In this document: piece after piece, positions 28,324 to 40,238 of the stretch | How positions within the stretch are numbered: the stretch's first letter is position 1 | Layout of the letters: each line of letters starts with the position of its first letter | Assembly (NCBI GenBank): GCA_973851085.1 | Contig: OZ316775.1 | Location: 4,216,001-4,280,000, forward strand | Origin: Ptychomitrium polyphyllum | Taxonomy: Eukaryota | Length of the DNA stretch: 64,000 nt | Reading direction: 5' to 3' | Position numbers and translations under genes: made by a program | The notes under the pieces: model-generated | Told to the model about the DNA's origin: nothing | Databases searched by the model: none | What the model saw: only the letters and a program-made list of their open reading frames with translations

Positions 28324-29987
28324 TGCCAGTTTAGCAACACTTGTGGACATAGATTCAAAGCACTCTCTGAAGACAGGACCCCAAGGAGGCAATCGTCATG
28401 TACTGAGAGAAAGCAACGACTAGGGCTTAGCGCGGTGAATTGATGATGTTTATGTATGCACATAGAGAATTTGTTTAGTTCATGTAGAGTTATTGTTGCA
28501 TAATTAATCACATCTCCGAGATAAGTTTGTGTATTCAGAGGTGGGAGATAATTGTACATTAATTCAGACTGAGCAGTGCGGATTCATCTCTGCCGCCTGT
28601 CACTACGTGTGCAAGAGCTGCGTGATTGCCAATTTGTGTATCACGAAAGCAACATCATGTAATAAAAATTGATATTCAAGTTACATTATCTCTCTCCATC
28701 CGGTTGCTGCTGCGTGTAAACTTTCAGTGGCCATGGAGAGTACGGCATTACTGTAGTTCGTGTTTTCTACAAGGGAGGAAAAAACTAGAAGTTGCGCTGT
28801 CAATAATAATGTCAAGACTTATTGAATTTTGTTTCAAGACTAAGAGCAAATTATTGCGGTTCAAGAGCAAAAAGATCAGTTCTATATATAACATCTTGTT
28901 GTACTCTTGCAAATTCTATCTCCTTGTAAACCTTGCATAAGATAGAACAACTCAATGATGGTGGGCAAATACGTGAAGGTCAAAGGAGCACTGGAATTAG
29001 GATCTCACAGACCACAGTTCATTACAGAAAGCCACCATAATACTTGAATCACTGTCTAAAATAAAAGTTCTAGTGTTTGTGAGCCAATCATGTCCTTTCA
29101 GTAATTCATTTGAAACCAAAGTTTGTTCACTTGAGCCACTGATTTTAGATCAACCTGTCAAAATCGGTTGTTCCTATGAATTGCAAAGCTCACAAAGAGA
29201 ACGTTCATGACACAATGATGTTGAAAAGGTAGTTTTACAAAGGAGCAGCAGGAGCAAGTTCAGATTATACATGAACGGAGGATTCAAGGCTCAATGGCTA
29301 TGTTGAGTCAACAAAATTTGTCATGCAAGTAGAGAGTATCATTGCTTTTCTGGAGCTGAAAGTGTCATGGGAACCATTTACTAAAGACGAGCTCAACTGA
29401 TCCAGTTAAATCATATATATCCACAGTGTGATTGGAGACCACAGAAGAGCAATGTACTACACTGAAGTGCAAAATTTATATTCTGGTGAATCATTTGAAG
29501 TTATATGTTTGTAGCAGCTACTGCAACATACATTAATGCAATATATTTTAAAATCAGCTGCTGAAGAGTTCAAATGTCACATAATTGTGTGAAGCATCTA
29601 GAATGACACTGAGAGTATTTTTCAGAAGTAATAAACCTCTCTCAAAAGAATAAGTTTGAAGAGCTTGCACAAAGATGCTCAGACTAGCTACAATTTAAAT
29701 CACCTTGTATCAAAATAGTGAAGTGTCCTTACAGCTGGAATCAAATGTCTACTCATCCCAAATACTTGACCTTTTACTGTGGCCAACGATTTCATGAAGT
29801 CATCTCTGAACACAAGGATTCAATTTGACCAGTACAGATCACATTTCTTTGGCTGCACTTGAAGATCTACACCTTCTTGATCTTGTAGTACCATACTAAA
29901 TTATAGCTTCATTTCTGTATAAGTTGAAGAACCCTCTCAAAAACTAGTGTTTCAAAAGCCTGTCTAAAATGTAGCAATAGCAGGTTG

Positions 29988-30047
29988 CCATTTGTTCTAC
30001 TTTGAAAGTTCACCCATTTGTTCTACTTTGAACGTTCACCCATTTGT
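29988..30047 (+). repeat. 26-bp tandem duplication CCATTTGTTCTACTTTGAA(A/C)GTTCAC x2.3
   Basis: Direct reading. Confidence 0.85.
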
Positions 30048-33000
30048 CCAGCCTGAGTTTCTCTTAGGAATGAATAAAGATAATTCATAAATAACTATAA
30101 TTATAAACGATGTATATGCAACTCTAATTTTACAGTGCTAGTAGCTAGATACTGGTATGAGTCTAAATCATCAAGAGTGTATATAGCTGGTACACCAGAG
30201 AAGTTTCATTTCTATATATGAACAAAGAAGCTTACCTTCTATCAATTAACCCACACATGCAAAAATATTGGTTAGAGCATAACTGAGGCTTTGACAGGCT
30301 TTCAACTCTGAAGCTGTGCATATTTACGTTTAGACTCAGGAGATGAGATTGCACACCAATACATGGATTATGTGTCACATCCTCCAAGTCTCTCTATACT
30401 CTCCTGACAGCCTCAGATGCTGCAGGTCTTTGACTTCCACCTGCAGCAACAAATAATTATGTTATACACTGTACTGACCTTTTAGTGTAGAAATATGGAT
30501 CAAATGCTCTACTACACTCTGCTTTCAGTGAGTAGAGATACAGTCTTGTACATACCAGATAATTATCCAAATTTGCACACCTAATATCTTTGTCAAAGAA
30601 GACCAGTAAAAAGAGTCTACTGGATTTCTGTTTTACTTCATTTTATAACTTTTTAAAAGCCAAAACTTTAAGCAAAATTCACTCCAAAGAAACAGTTGCA
30701 ACAATGGACAGTAGTAACCAACAATTATATTACTCATATATTAAACTATTATGCCTGCTGATGAGATGCATGGATGCTTGAGTGCTCATACCTCCACTTC
30801 CAAGTCTGAGGAATTCCGGCAACTTGAGATGTACACAGCTTGTCTGAGTTTGTAATAACACACTATCTTATACCTGAGGTAGTTATGGGCGGTCACAATT
30901 ACTTGTTACTTGTAACTAATGTACAAAGACATGTCTATGTTTGCACAATCAGCATACAAGACTTAAAGTAGAGTGTATACATGATCCAAATGCAGAAGAA
31001 CATGATGACTTACATCAGGGTTGTCCTCCCATAGTTTACCATGTATTTGCAAATATGTATTAAGAGACTGTTAAAAGTTATTCAAGCAAACTCTGCAAAC
31101 TACCTTATAATAGTATGTTATCCAAATTCAAATTCATTCTTGTGACTTGAATACATACATACATGATAATGGCATCCCAGCGGAGACAACATGATGAACC
31201 TATACTGACAACTAGTACTGTTACTGTGACTCTTTGCATTTATGACCATGTTACTCCTCTCACTCACGCTCACACTCACTCTTAACCTTTGCTTCTTTGG
31301 GTGGTGGCTTGTTACTAACTTATATGTCTTCTGCACATGACATGTACCACTTGACACTCAAGAGAGAAACATCATTGAAATATTGACAAACACTCACCAT
31401 TCTAAACAAAAAGGAATTCTACTTGTTCTGCAGTGGAACAGATAATGACTCTCTAGTTTGTAAGGAAGCCCATTATCACCTTCTTTCCATATCCACCAAC
31501 TATGAAAAGACTAATGAGTACCACGCACATGTTCAATATTTCCTGAAAACAAAATGGGATTAAAAATGAGTAATAATGGGGCTGAAAATAGGTGTAAATG
31601 AACTGATAGAGTGACGATAATGGAAAAGAAGATAAATTTTACATTAAATTATTGAAAAAAATGATGTGTGGGCATGAAGTTTTGAAGTTAAATCTAGGTA
31701 CTTAAATATGGATGGAATGGTCATTACTAATTGTTGTTAGGGTGTTAATGGATTCACCTATTGAGTATTTATAGCCTCTTGCACAATACCTACTATAAAT
31801 TCATAACTAATTCAATAGTGATTGGAATGTTATGATTTAACTTGCAATGGCTTTCAGGCATTAGCATCCGTCCTTTAAAAACAGTGTTGAAGGTCACATT
31901 CCTCAGTTGAACATACAGGCCTGCTTACCTTACACTGTGTGTTATCAAAAACTTGTGTAGTGTTAGCTCCTAGATGTATATTGGTTGTGAGATTTGCCAA
32001 GTGTTTGTCTTCCACTTTGCCACTTTCACAATTGCAGATCATACAAATAATTGTGTCAGTCAGCACAGAGATAAAAAATATAAACAGCTGCAAGCCTGCT
32101 CACTGTGCAGTGATTCAACATTCTATTATTTGAGGTGTTTTGGGGGAGAAATGGTGTGGTTGGATCATTTCTCCTCTTCCTTTTGTCACATTGAGGCCAA
32201 CTGAGGCAAATAACATCAACCAGTTGTCAACCTTGGAGCAGAGACCATAATGTGTGTTCCTGACACCTTGGACTACACTGAAGCTTGTAGCAAAGCATGA
32301 TTTCAGAGTTTTCTCTGACAGCCTCCTTTGTCAAGCTCCAGTAGCACCAAGTACGGCAATGCTTTGCAATTTTATGACCTTTTCATTTTAAACCGATGAC
32401 TGTATGTGACCAGGCTAGTCCCTTACAGTTTTACTGAAGGGCCAACAAGTAATGGGAGAATTGAATTACAAACTCTGAGATGCTGATCCTTACACAGATA
32501 TGCATTGTAGAGAGGTAGTGTATATCATTGTATCATCAATTTATTCCAGCTTTACTTAAATCCTTAAATACATATACACAATGTAGATGTAAATGCAGCT
32601 TTCACCCTCTGGGCAATCTGCCTGTGATTAACACTGAGACATCTAAGAGTATTTCATTAATATACCATCAGAATCTCAGGGTTAACAGGGTCGGAACTTG
32701 GATGGTACTACAACATGGTTTAGCCATGCAACGCTTCAATCTGTTAAATGGAAGAATTAGATTGCTCCCTGGCCCCCACTGATTAATTGGCTTTCTGCAC
32801 TCTAAGTCAAGTGCAAGTCAAACTTCAGAATAACTGCTCCATGTAAGGTTTTCATTATGTGCCAGATCTATGAGCCTAAATGACCCAAGTGATACTTCTT
32901 GGTGGGCAAAGAAAGCCACTAAATTTGAAGATGTAACCACCATGATACTGAGGGTTTGCTAAGGAGTTTGCTTACATGATTAAAATGTAACTAGGACTAT

Positions 33001-35038
33001 GATGTCACTTTACATATTCAAATTCTGTTATCTGAAATCAAAACTTGAGGTATGTGTGCACTACATGCACTTTGGGACTGCCTCTTAGAGCACAGGTGGG
33101 CAGGATTTGCTAAGTTACACCCTCAGTGAAGTGAAGACCTTTGCTTGTGGCAAATTTACAAGAGCTTTGACAGTTTGTTAGGCAAACCCTGTTCTCAGCA
33201 CTAGGACGTACGACCTCATGGTGTGGAACTTCAGGCCTCCTCAACAATGCTAACTTGTTTAAAATTAAAAAGAAATTCTTAGATTCATGGATTTTGGCAC
33301 ATCCACCCAAAAACAATCCTTCTGACCAGTACCCCACCTCAGGTGACTTGGCTGTTGTATTACCCAACATTGGCAGTGGCAATAAAATCTTGCCATTTGT
33401 TGGAGGAAAAAGAGAAAAGAAACTTGCTTGATTATATACTATTGTATGTGAGTACTGGTCATTTCTATCCCTTGATTAGTGTTGTGCTTTACTCCAAAAG
33501 TTCATCACATGGGAATCAGAGAGTCTGATATTCATACATTCCAAAACGCTACTGTAGTCTTCTTCCCACACACTTCAAGAAAACTCACTCTGGTATAAAA
33601 TGGACCAAGATTGTAGGTCTCTAAAGGACCTCTGGATAAATGCAAACACATCTTCTTAAGTGAAAGTAGTGGTTTTACCATTGCAAGCCACTTCTCAGAG
33701 TGCATTTATGAGATTAATTAGAAACCAAAATACTTCATCTTGTCTTCTATTTGTGTAAATGACAGCTAAATTAGCAGTAAAACTGCTACACCTCCTGGAG
33801 ATCCGAACAGTTACCTAAATTTTTATTAAAAACACTATATTAAAGCAATATATCAGAATACATTTCAATGCAACACAAACTGAATGAAGTGAAATTCTTG
33901 TACATGCCAAATGCCGTCCCTGAAATGCTTCATTCAAAGATATTGGTAGCCGAATGCACCTCCTTCAGTAAAAAAGAATTTAAATCTATTAAGAACAGTG
34001 GTTCCCCGGACGTCCAGATCATTCCCCTGGTCGCACGCAGGCTCTCAATCACCAGGGTTTGCAATAACTGCCACAGTCGCATGATGAGAGCAGCTGGGCA
34101 CTACCCCAACTACAGTCTGTGAGACAGTAAACTTGGTGTCATGCAAAGTCTAAAGAAAGTCCAGATCAAACGGCTGCACATCCTTACAGACTCACATATA
34201 TAAACATGATGCATTGAACTTCCTTGTACAGCAGACATCAAGATCCATTCAAGGGGACTTCCCTTCCTCCATCCCTCAGCCCCAAGCACGGGACACACCA
34301 CCCATCTGAATTAGTTACGCAGGACTCGTCACTCTTCTCTTCTCCCTTCACCTGCTTTGTATGCCCCTGCCAGAGTGAGTAAAAGTTGGAGAGAGTCCTC
34401 AAGAGTTGCAACGCTTGTGTAACACCTGTAATTTGATTCAAGTTTCAAAACTTGTTGGGAAAGCGGAGGGTGCCCCATTGTGTGTACTTTGTTTGAGAGA
34501 TGGAGTAGCAGGGTGATGATCTGGTGAGTTGATTTTCATTAAGATATGGTTATTCCTCGATGTGGTGAGTTTGATCCTTTTGCCTGAGTCTAAGCTCATG
34601 TTGCTACATTGAAGCACAATTTGTTGCATGCATGGAAGGAAGGAACGCGCCATAGAGGCACAAGTGCTAAGGAATGCAATTGTAGCCTGAAGCCCGAATT
34701 TGTTATGTCTCACCAGCTCATTTGATGATCTGATATGCTTCTTGAATGCTTCTTGTCTAGTTTGGAAGCTCCAGCTAATTCTTATAGAGCTTCAATGTAT
34801 GCTCAATCATCGGTCTTCACATTTTATAGCAATGCAGAGAATTCTGCTCTATGTCCTGTAGGACCAGGTCATTGTAAGATTAGAGCGCTGAAGCATCATA
34901 CACTTTGTAATTAGCTGTGTATTAGCCACGGCTTGACAGGGGATATCGTGGTATCATGTGCCCTTACAGTGAATCTGTCACAGTTGTTTTGCGAGGTGAA
35001 CGGAAATATTTGCAACAGCGTAAAGAGGAGTACTAAGA

Positions 35039-36462
35039 ATGACGTTCTGTAGAGCTGCTGGAATGCTCGTCTCGCTGATCGCACTTAGTGTGCCACTATG
35101 CTGGGCTGCGAGATCACTAGAATCTGCTCAAGGCTCGTCTGCAACATTCATTGAAAGGTACCAATTAACGGTTAACGAATTCAGGGAAATCTTCTAGTTG
35201 TTTGCAGTGGTTTCGTCGTCTATGGCTATGGCAAGTACTAGTCTCTTGACATTACTTTTAAATGCAGCGATGTTCCTTCTGAAAGCGATAATTACACAAG
35301 CCGAGTACTGGGCGAATGCGGGTCCGGCAACCCTATCGACGACTGCTGGCGCTGCGACTCCCAGTGGAGAGCACACAGACAACGCCTCGCAGATTGCGCG
35401 GTGGGGTTCGGCAAGAACGCAATCGGAGGAAAGAATGGGCCAATCTACGTCGTCACGGACGACGGCGACGACGATGTGGTCAACCCCGCGCCAGGCACGC
35501 TCCGGTTCGGCGTGATCCAAACCGAGCCGCTCTGGATTGTGTTCTCCCGTAACATGAACATCAAGCTCAAGGAGGAGCTTCTCATGAACAGCTACAAAAC
35601 CATCGACGGTCGTGGCGCAAATGTGCACATCGCCGGGGGCGCTTGCATCACGGCGCAGTTCGTGAGCAACATCATCATCCACGGCATACACATCCACGAT
35701 TGCAAGCGCACTGGCCCCGCCGCAGTGCGCAGCAGCCCGGATCACTTCGGATACAGGGGCGTCGCGGACGGCGACGCTGTGTCCATCTTCGGAGGGAAAA
35801 ACATTTGGGTGGATCACAATTTTCTCTCCAACGCAGCTGATGGCTTGGTAGACGTCATCGAAGGCTCCACAGGGATCACAATCTCCAACAACTACTTCAG
35901 TAATCACGACAAAGTGATGCTCTTGGGTGCGCACCCAGACGACACCTTCGACACCGCAATGCAGGTCACGGTTGCTTTCAACCACTTCGGCCAAGGCCTC
36001 ATCGAACGCATTCCAAGGTAGCCGGTTGCCTTCACCTGTTTTTGGAGACTGAACGTTGAGTACATTGGTATGATTGCTTGACTGATACTTTTGTGTGTAT
36101 GTTTTGGTTTTGGCAGGTGCCGCTATGGGTACTTTCATGTTGTGAACAATTATTATAGCAGTTGGGAAATGTACGCCATCGGCGGTAGTGAGAATCCCAC
36201 CATCAACAGCGAGGGCAACCATTTCGTGGCGGGCAACGCCAAGGAGGTTACCAAGCGCATCAACGACGACGGCAGCAAGATTGATGGGTGGGAAAATTGG
36301 AATTGGCGAAGCTCAGGAGACATGTTCGACAACGGCGCGTTCTTCATAGACTCGGGGTCTAGAGGCTCAGGGAACTTTTATGCCAAGGCGACCAGTTTCT
36401 CAGCCCGCCCTGCTGTTATGGTTTCCGCGATGACCACCGACGCAGGACCTCTGATGGTGTAG
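35039..36462 (+). CDS. Pectate lyase (PL1); exons 35039-35157, 35268-36017, 36117-36462
   Basis: Signal peptide [97 protein letters not shown] introns in frame. Confidence 0.96.
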
Positions 36463-37860
36463 CACTTGCGAGAAATGAGAAGGCTCTTCTGGTGCAGTGT
36501 GAACTTCCGCTCTTCTGGTGCAGGAGAAGAGTAATTCAAAAATTGTAAATTGGAGAGTGCTGTGCGTCTGCGGACCACTGGCCCAATGCAAGCACTCATG
36601 TGTAACACTAGTGAATCTATGCTTTAGAGTGTAGCACACAATCTCTTAACTAAAATCTCTCGTCGACCTGACACATAATGATAGTGTTGGAGTTGGAAAT
36701 CAATCATTGAACGGTGAATTTGACATGTTGATATCTATACAATGCAAGTGAAACAATTACCGTCATTTGCCGCTCGACATTCGCGCATGACCTGCTGATT
36801 AATTGCAGCTTCGCCTCTTGTGTTTTGGTTTGCGCAACACTGACAAAACTTGAGAATCGAGCAGTTTGTGATGCGCTTGAGTTTCAGGTTATGATGATAC
36901 GCTTGTATCATCATACTGGGACAAGCTAATAATGTGCACTGCTTACTCTACATAAATGTGAGTCACTTCTAAATATAATTTCATCTTCAGAAGCTGTAGC
37001 AAAGTAGTACGTCCAAATACTGGGCAGTAGTATACCCATGTGCAAAGTTCACATTGTCAATGAGTCGCCAGACATGACCACGATTCGAGATAGGCTTCAT
37101 ACCACACACTGACGTGCGAAGCAATTCGTGCCACCAACGAGTAGCGAATAACTCCGACATATTTGTGTACTCGACACTTCATTAATGGCAGAAAAACATT
37201 GACGACGCAGTATGGATGTTCATTTGCCACAGTGAATTACAATTATTGGCATTTACGTAGTCATAGAGGAAACGGTCATAAAAATATAGAATTGTAGTCT
37301 CACAATTGATCTTAACTTGCAGTCCAGAACAAGCACATACCATTCAGAAGGTATTATATTTTCTTATCCTAATCCCAGATGTCCTCCATTAGTCTTATTA
37401 TGCTACCAATTGATTTTATATGCTGCTAAATCCTGGATATGAAACAGTATCCTTTAAATGATGAGGTAGTCCATGTCCAAACAACAGAGAAAGGAGCACG
37501 AAGTTTGCATCAATTCATTTTACTCCCGCAATTGGTGTACACAGGCAATACTTACGGCCCTGACTCCGACCCCATAACCTCATCTAAGTACAACCACAAT
37601 TAATCACCACGCAATGAGAATCAAAGCTGCTGCGAGTAAACACTCCGATCCGCATTCCTAAAACACAGATTACTTAAGAATTGGTAGCATCGACAAATTC
37701 ATTGACCTCAATCAAGGTGTTCCAACAAAGAAACTCCACAACAGAAACTGGGCGAATCGCTGCAGAATCATGACATCGTGAAATAATTTCGACTAATCAT
37801 CAGATTCAATGAAGTTCAATATAGTACACATGTTTAAGAAAGCCCACGAACTTGAAGAAT

Positions 37861-38553
37861 CTACGACCACCATGGCTGTTCGCCAGTCCTGAAGTCGGTG
37901 TCGAGCCAGGGCACGAACACCACCTTATCATCTGTAACATCCACATGTGCCAGAGCCAACGACAACGGAGCAGGCCCACGCACCACCTTCCCCTGGTTGT
38001 TGTACTGGGAGCCATGGCATGGGCACATGAACTTATTCTCCGCCTTGTTCCACGGCACCACGCATCCCAAATGCGTGCACACGGCGTTCACACCATACGT
38101 CGCCAGAGTACCATCGTTCTCCACGACGAGGTAAGTCGGGTCACCCTTCAACCCCTGCGCGAGCGTCCTGTCCCCAGGCTGGTGCGTCTTCAACCACCCC
38201 GACATGGTAACGTCAATACCAAGCGCGTCCTTCGCCGTCACACCCAAACCGCCACCACCGCTACCAGGAGGCACAAGGAAGTACAGGAAGGGACCCACAA
38301 GCCCCGCAGTCGGCAACGAGATTGCTCCCAGCAGCAGCAAGTTCATTAAGTTACGCTTCTCCATGTCAGGCACGCGCTCCGGCGCTGCAGCAGCCTGAGA
38401 TACAATCTTCAAGCCCTCCTTGCGAGACTGAGCATACCCCGGTGCAGGCACCATGATGCAGGAGCTTCCGCACACGCCATTGCTGACGGCCGCGATCCTG
38501 GATGCAAGTCCGCTAGCAAGCGCCGGCGCCGCAGCAGTCGAAGCTGTGGCCAT
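37861..38553 (-). CDS. petC: Cytochrome b6f Rieske iron-sulfur subunit precursor (230 aa), intronless
   Basis: Ala/Ser-rich transit peptide; [29 protein letters not shown]; Rieske boxes CTHLGC and [27 protein letters not shown]. Confidence 0.98.
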   Translation of the reverse strand: MATASTAAAPALASGLASRIAAVSNGVCGSSCIMVPAPGYAQSRKEGLKIVSQAAAAPERVPDMEKRNLMNLLLLGAISLPTAGLVGPFLYFLVPPGSGGGGLGVTAKDALGIDVTMSGWLKTHQPGDRTLAQGLKGDPTYLVVENDGTLATYGVNAVCTHLGCVVPWNKAENKFMCPCHGSQYNNQGKVVRGPAPLSLALAHVDVTDDKVVFVPWLDTDFRTGEQPWWS

Positions 38554-38732
38554 TGCGATCGATTGATTGATTGCTAGCTCCCCCTGCACAGCTCAAGTCC
38601 ACGGCTACAACTAGTGGTAGGTGACGGTGCCGCAATGCTGCAAGAGATGCAATTGTTGTATCTCTTTGAGCAAGGAGACCCTGGGCACGGTGGGGGGCGG
38701 GGAGTGATGGGATGGGGGTGCGATGTGGTTAC

Positions 38733-38844
38733 TGTGGCAGCCACACACCATATCCGCGCTGGTGGATATGGCTCCGCAGCCACACGGCGCTCTCTCTCGT
38801 TTGTGCTCACGCACCCAATGAGATGTCCTCCTTGTCGCTGTGGC
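38733..38844 (-). promoter_or_regulatory. Candidate light-responsive promoter module of petC (GCCAC/SORLIP1-like and GGATA motifs)
   Basis: TGTGGC-A-GCCACA palindrome 38733-38745; CCATATCC...GGATATGG inverted pair 38748-38771; further GCCAC/GTGGC at 38779 and 38840; 180-290 nt upstream of the ATG. Confidence 0.45.
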
Positions 38845-39307
38845 TGTCCGCTCTCCCCACCGCGGTACGGCCCCAGCGTTACCCTCTTCACACCGCTCCC
38901 TCTCCACATCGTTCCCACACCCTCCTTCCCAGGAAAAGGTCAGAAACTTTACTATTCGTTATAACCCCCGTATTTTACAAAATCACTGTCCGTGGACGGA
39001 TTGGTGAAAAACAAGCTCATCTAGAAGTTTGTTCTCAAAAAAATAACCTCTCTTAGAATTCGAAATGTAAGGGACTTACGAATCTCTACCCTTGGCTTAC
39101 ATGCAAATGAGATTCATCCACTAGGACAATTATAGGAGGGTAGACAAGATGTATTGTATGAAAGAAGAATTTTATGGTTACTTTTGTAAAATCTCTCCAT
39201 AATGTTGTTTTTGTAAAAACTTCTCTCGTATTATTGTTATTAACTACAAATTCAAAAAAAAAAGTGTGTGCTTTTATTTTAAAATATTATGGAGTAAGGA
39301 CTGTTGA

Positions 39308-39995
39308 TGTTACGGACATAGATTATGCAACATAATCCTTGAAACATTCTAAGCCTTCTAGTATACAATAATAGCTTTTTAGAATATTTTTAAATGTCTC
39401 CATAGTCTTTCCATATTTTTAGAAAGCTTCCTAGAAAAGTTCCTCCACCTTATGAAACTTCCTAGTAAAGTTCCTAGAAAGGTTCTATCATCTTCGATAA
39501 CTTCTTAGGAAACTTCCTATAAAGATTCTATTACCTTACAAAACTTCCTAGGAAGATTCCATCATCTTAAGAAATTTTCTAGGAAAGTTCTACCACCTCA
39601 TGAAACTTTCATTGAAAGGTTCTACCTCTTTATAAAACATCTTAAGAAGGTTCCGTTACCTTAGGGAATTTTCAAGAAAGGTTCCAATTCTTTGGAAGCT
39701 TTTTAGAAAGGTTCCATCATCTTAGGAAACTTCTTGTAAAGGTTCCCTAGATTTCTAGAACATTCTTAAGCCTTGTAGGTAGCTTCTTTAGAAGTACCTT
39801 AAAAGATATAAATGTTATAGTATAAATAGGAGGCAAGACAAGATATTCCTTAGTCTTGCCAACACAAGTTGTGGATCATCTTGAATCTTGCCTTCTTCTA
39901 ATCTTTGTGTCAACTTCTTATTAATCATTAACTCTTTGGAAGCTAATTCTTGGGAAACACTTTGTTTTTGCCTCTTATTTCTTGTCTCCCTAACA
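39308..39995 (+). repeat. 5' LTR (688 bp), TG...CA, with ~31-bp U3 subrepeats and TATAAATA at 39821
   Basis: TGTTACGGACATAGATTATGCAACAT...CTTGTCTCCCTAACA, colinear with 45357-46031. Confidence 0.93.
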
Positions 39996-40238
39996 ATTTG
40001 GCAAGACTACTCTTCATCTTTGTCACAACTAAGGTTCTTTGAAGAAGATTATGGATTACCCATCTTCTTTGGGATTCCATAGCGTCTTCGAGGTTGTGAA
40101 TTACCCTCCTCTAAGCTAGCACCATAGAGTTGGTTTCTCCTTCTAGAACCAAGTATTACTTCTTTCAAAGGACGTGGATTTTCCTCCTTTGAAGGTACTC
40201 ATAGTTTTCTTGTTTTAGACAGTCTTAAGAAATAAATA

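Noticed and set aside
28400..35000. Possible hidden gene between PME copy 3 and the pectate lyase
   Set aside because: Only short ORFs without recognisable domains or a consistent exon chain; a weakly conserved gene cannot be fully excluded without RNA data
35194..36222. 342-aa minus-strand ORF
   Set aside because: Antisense shadow of the GC-rich pectate lyase exons; no independent motifs
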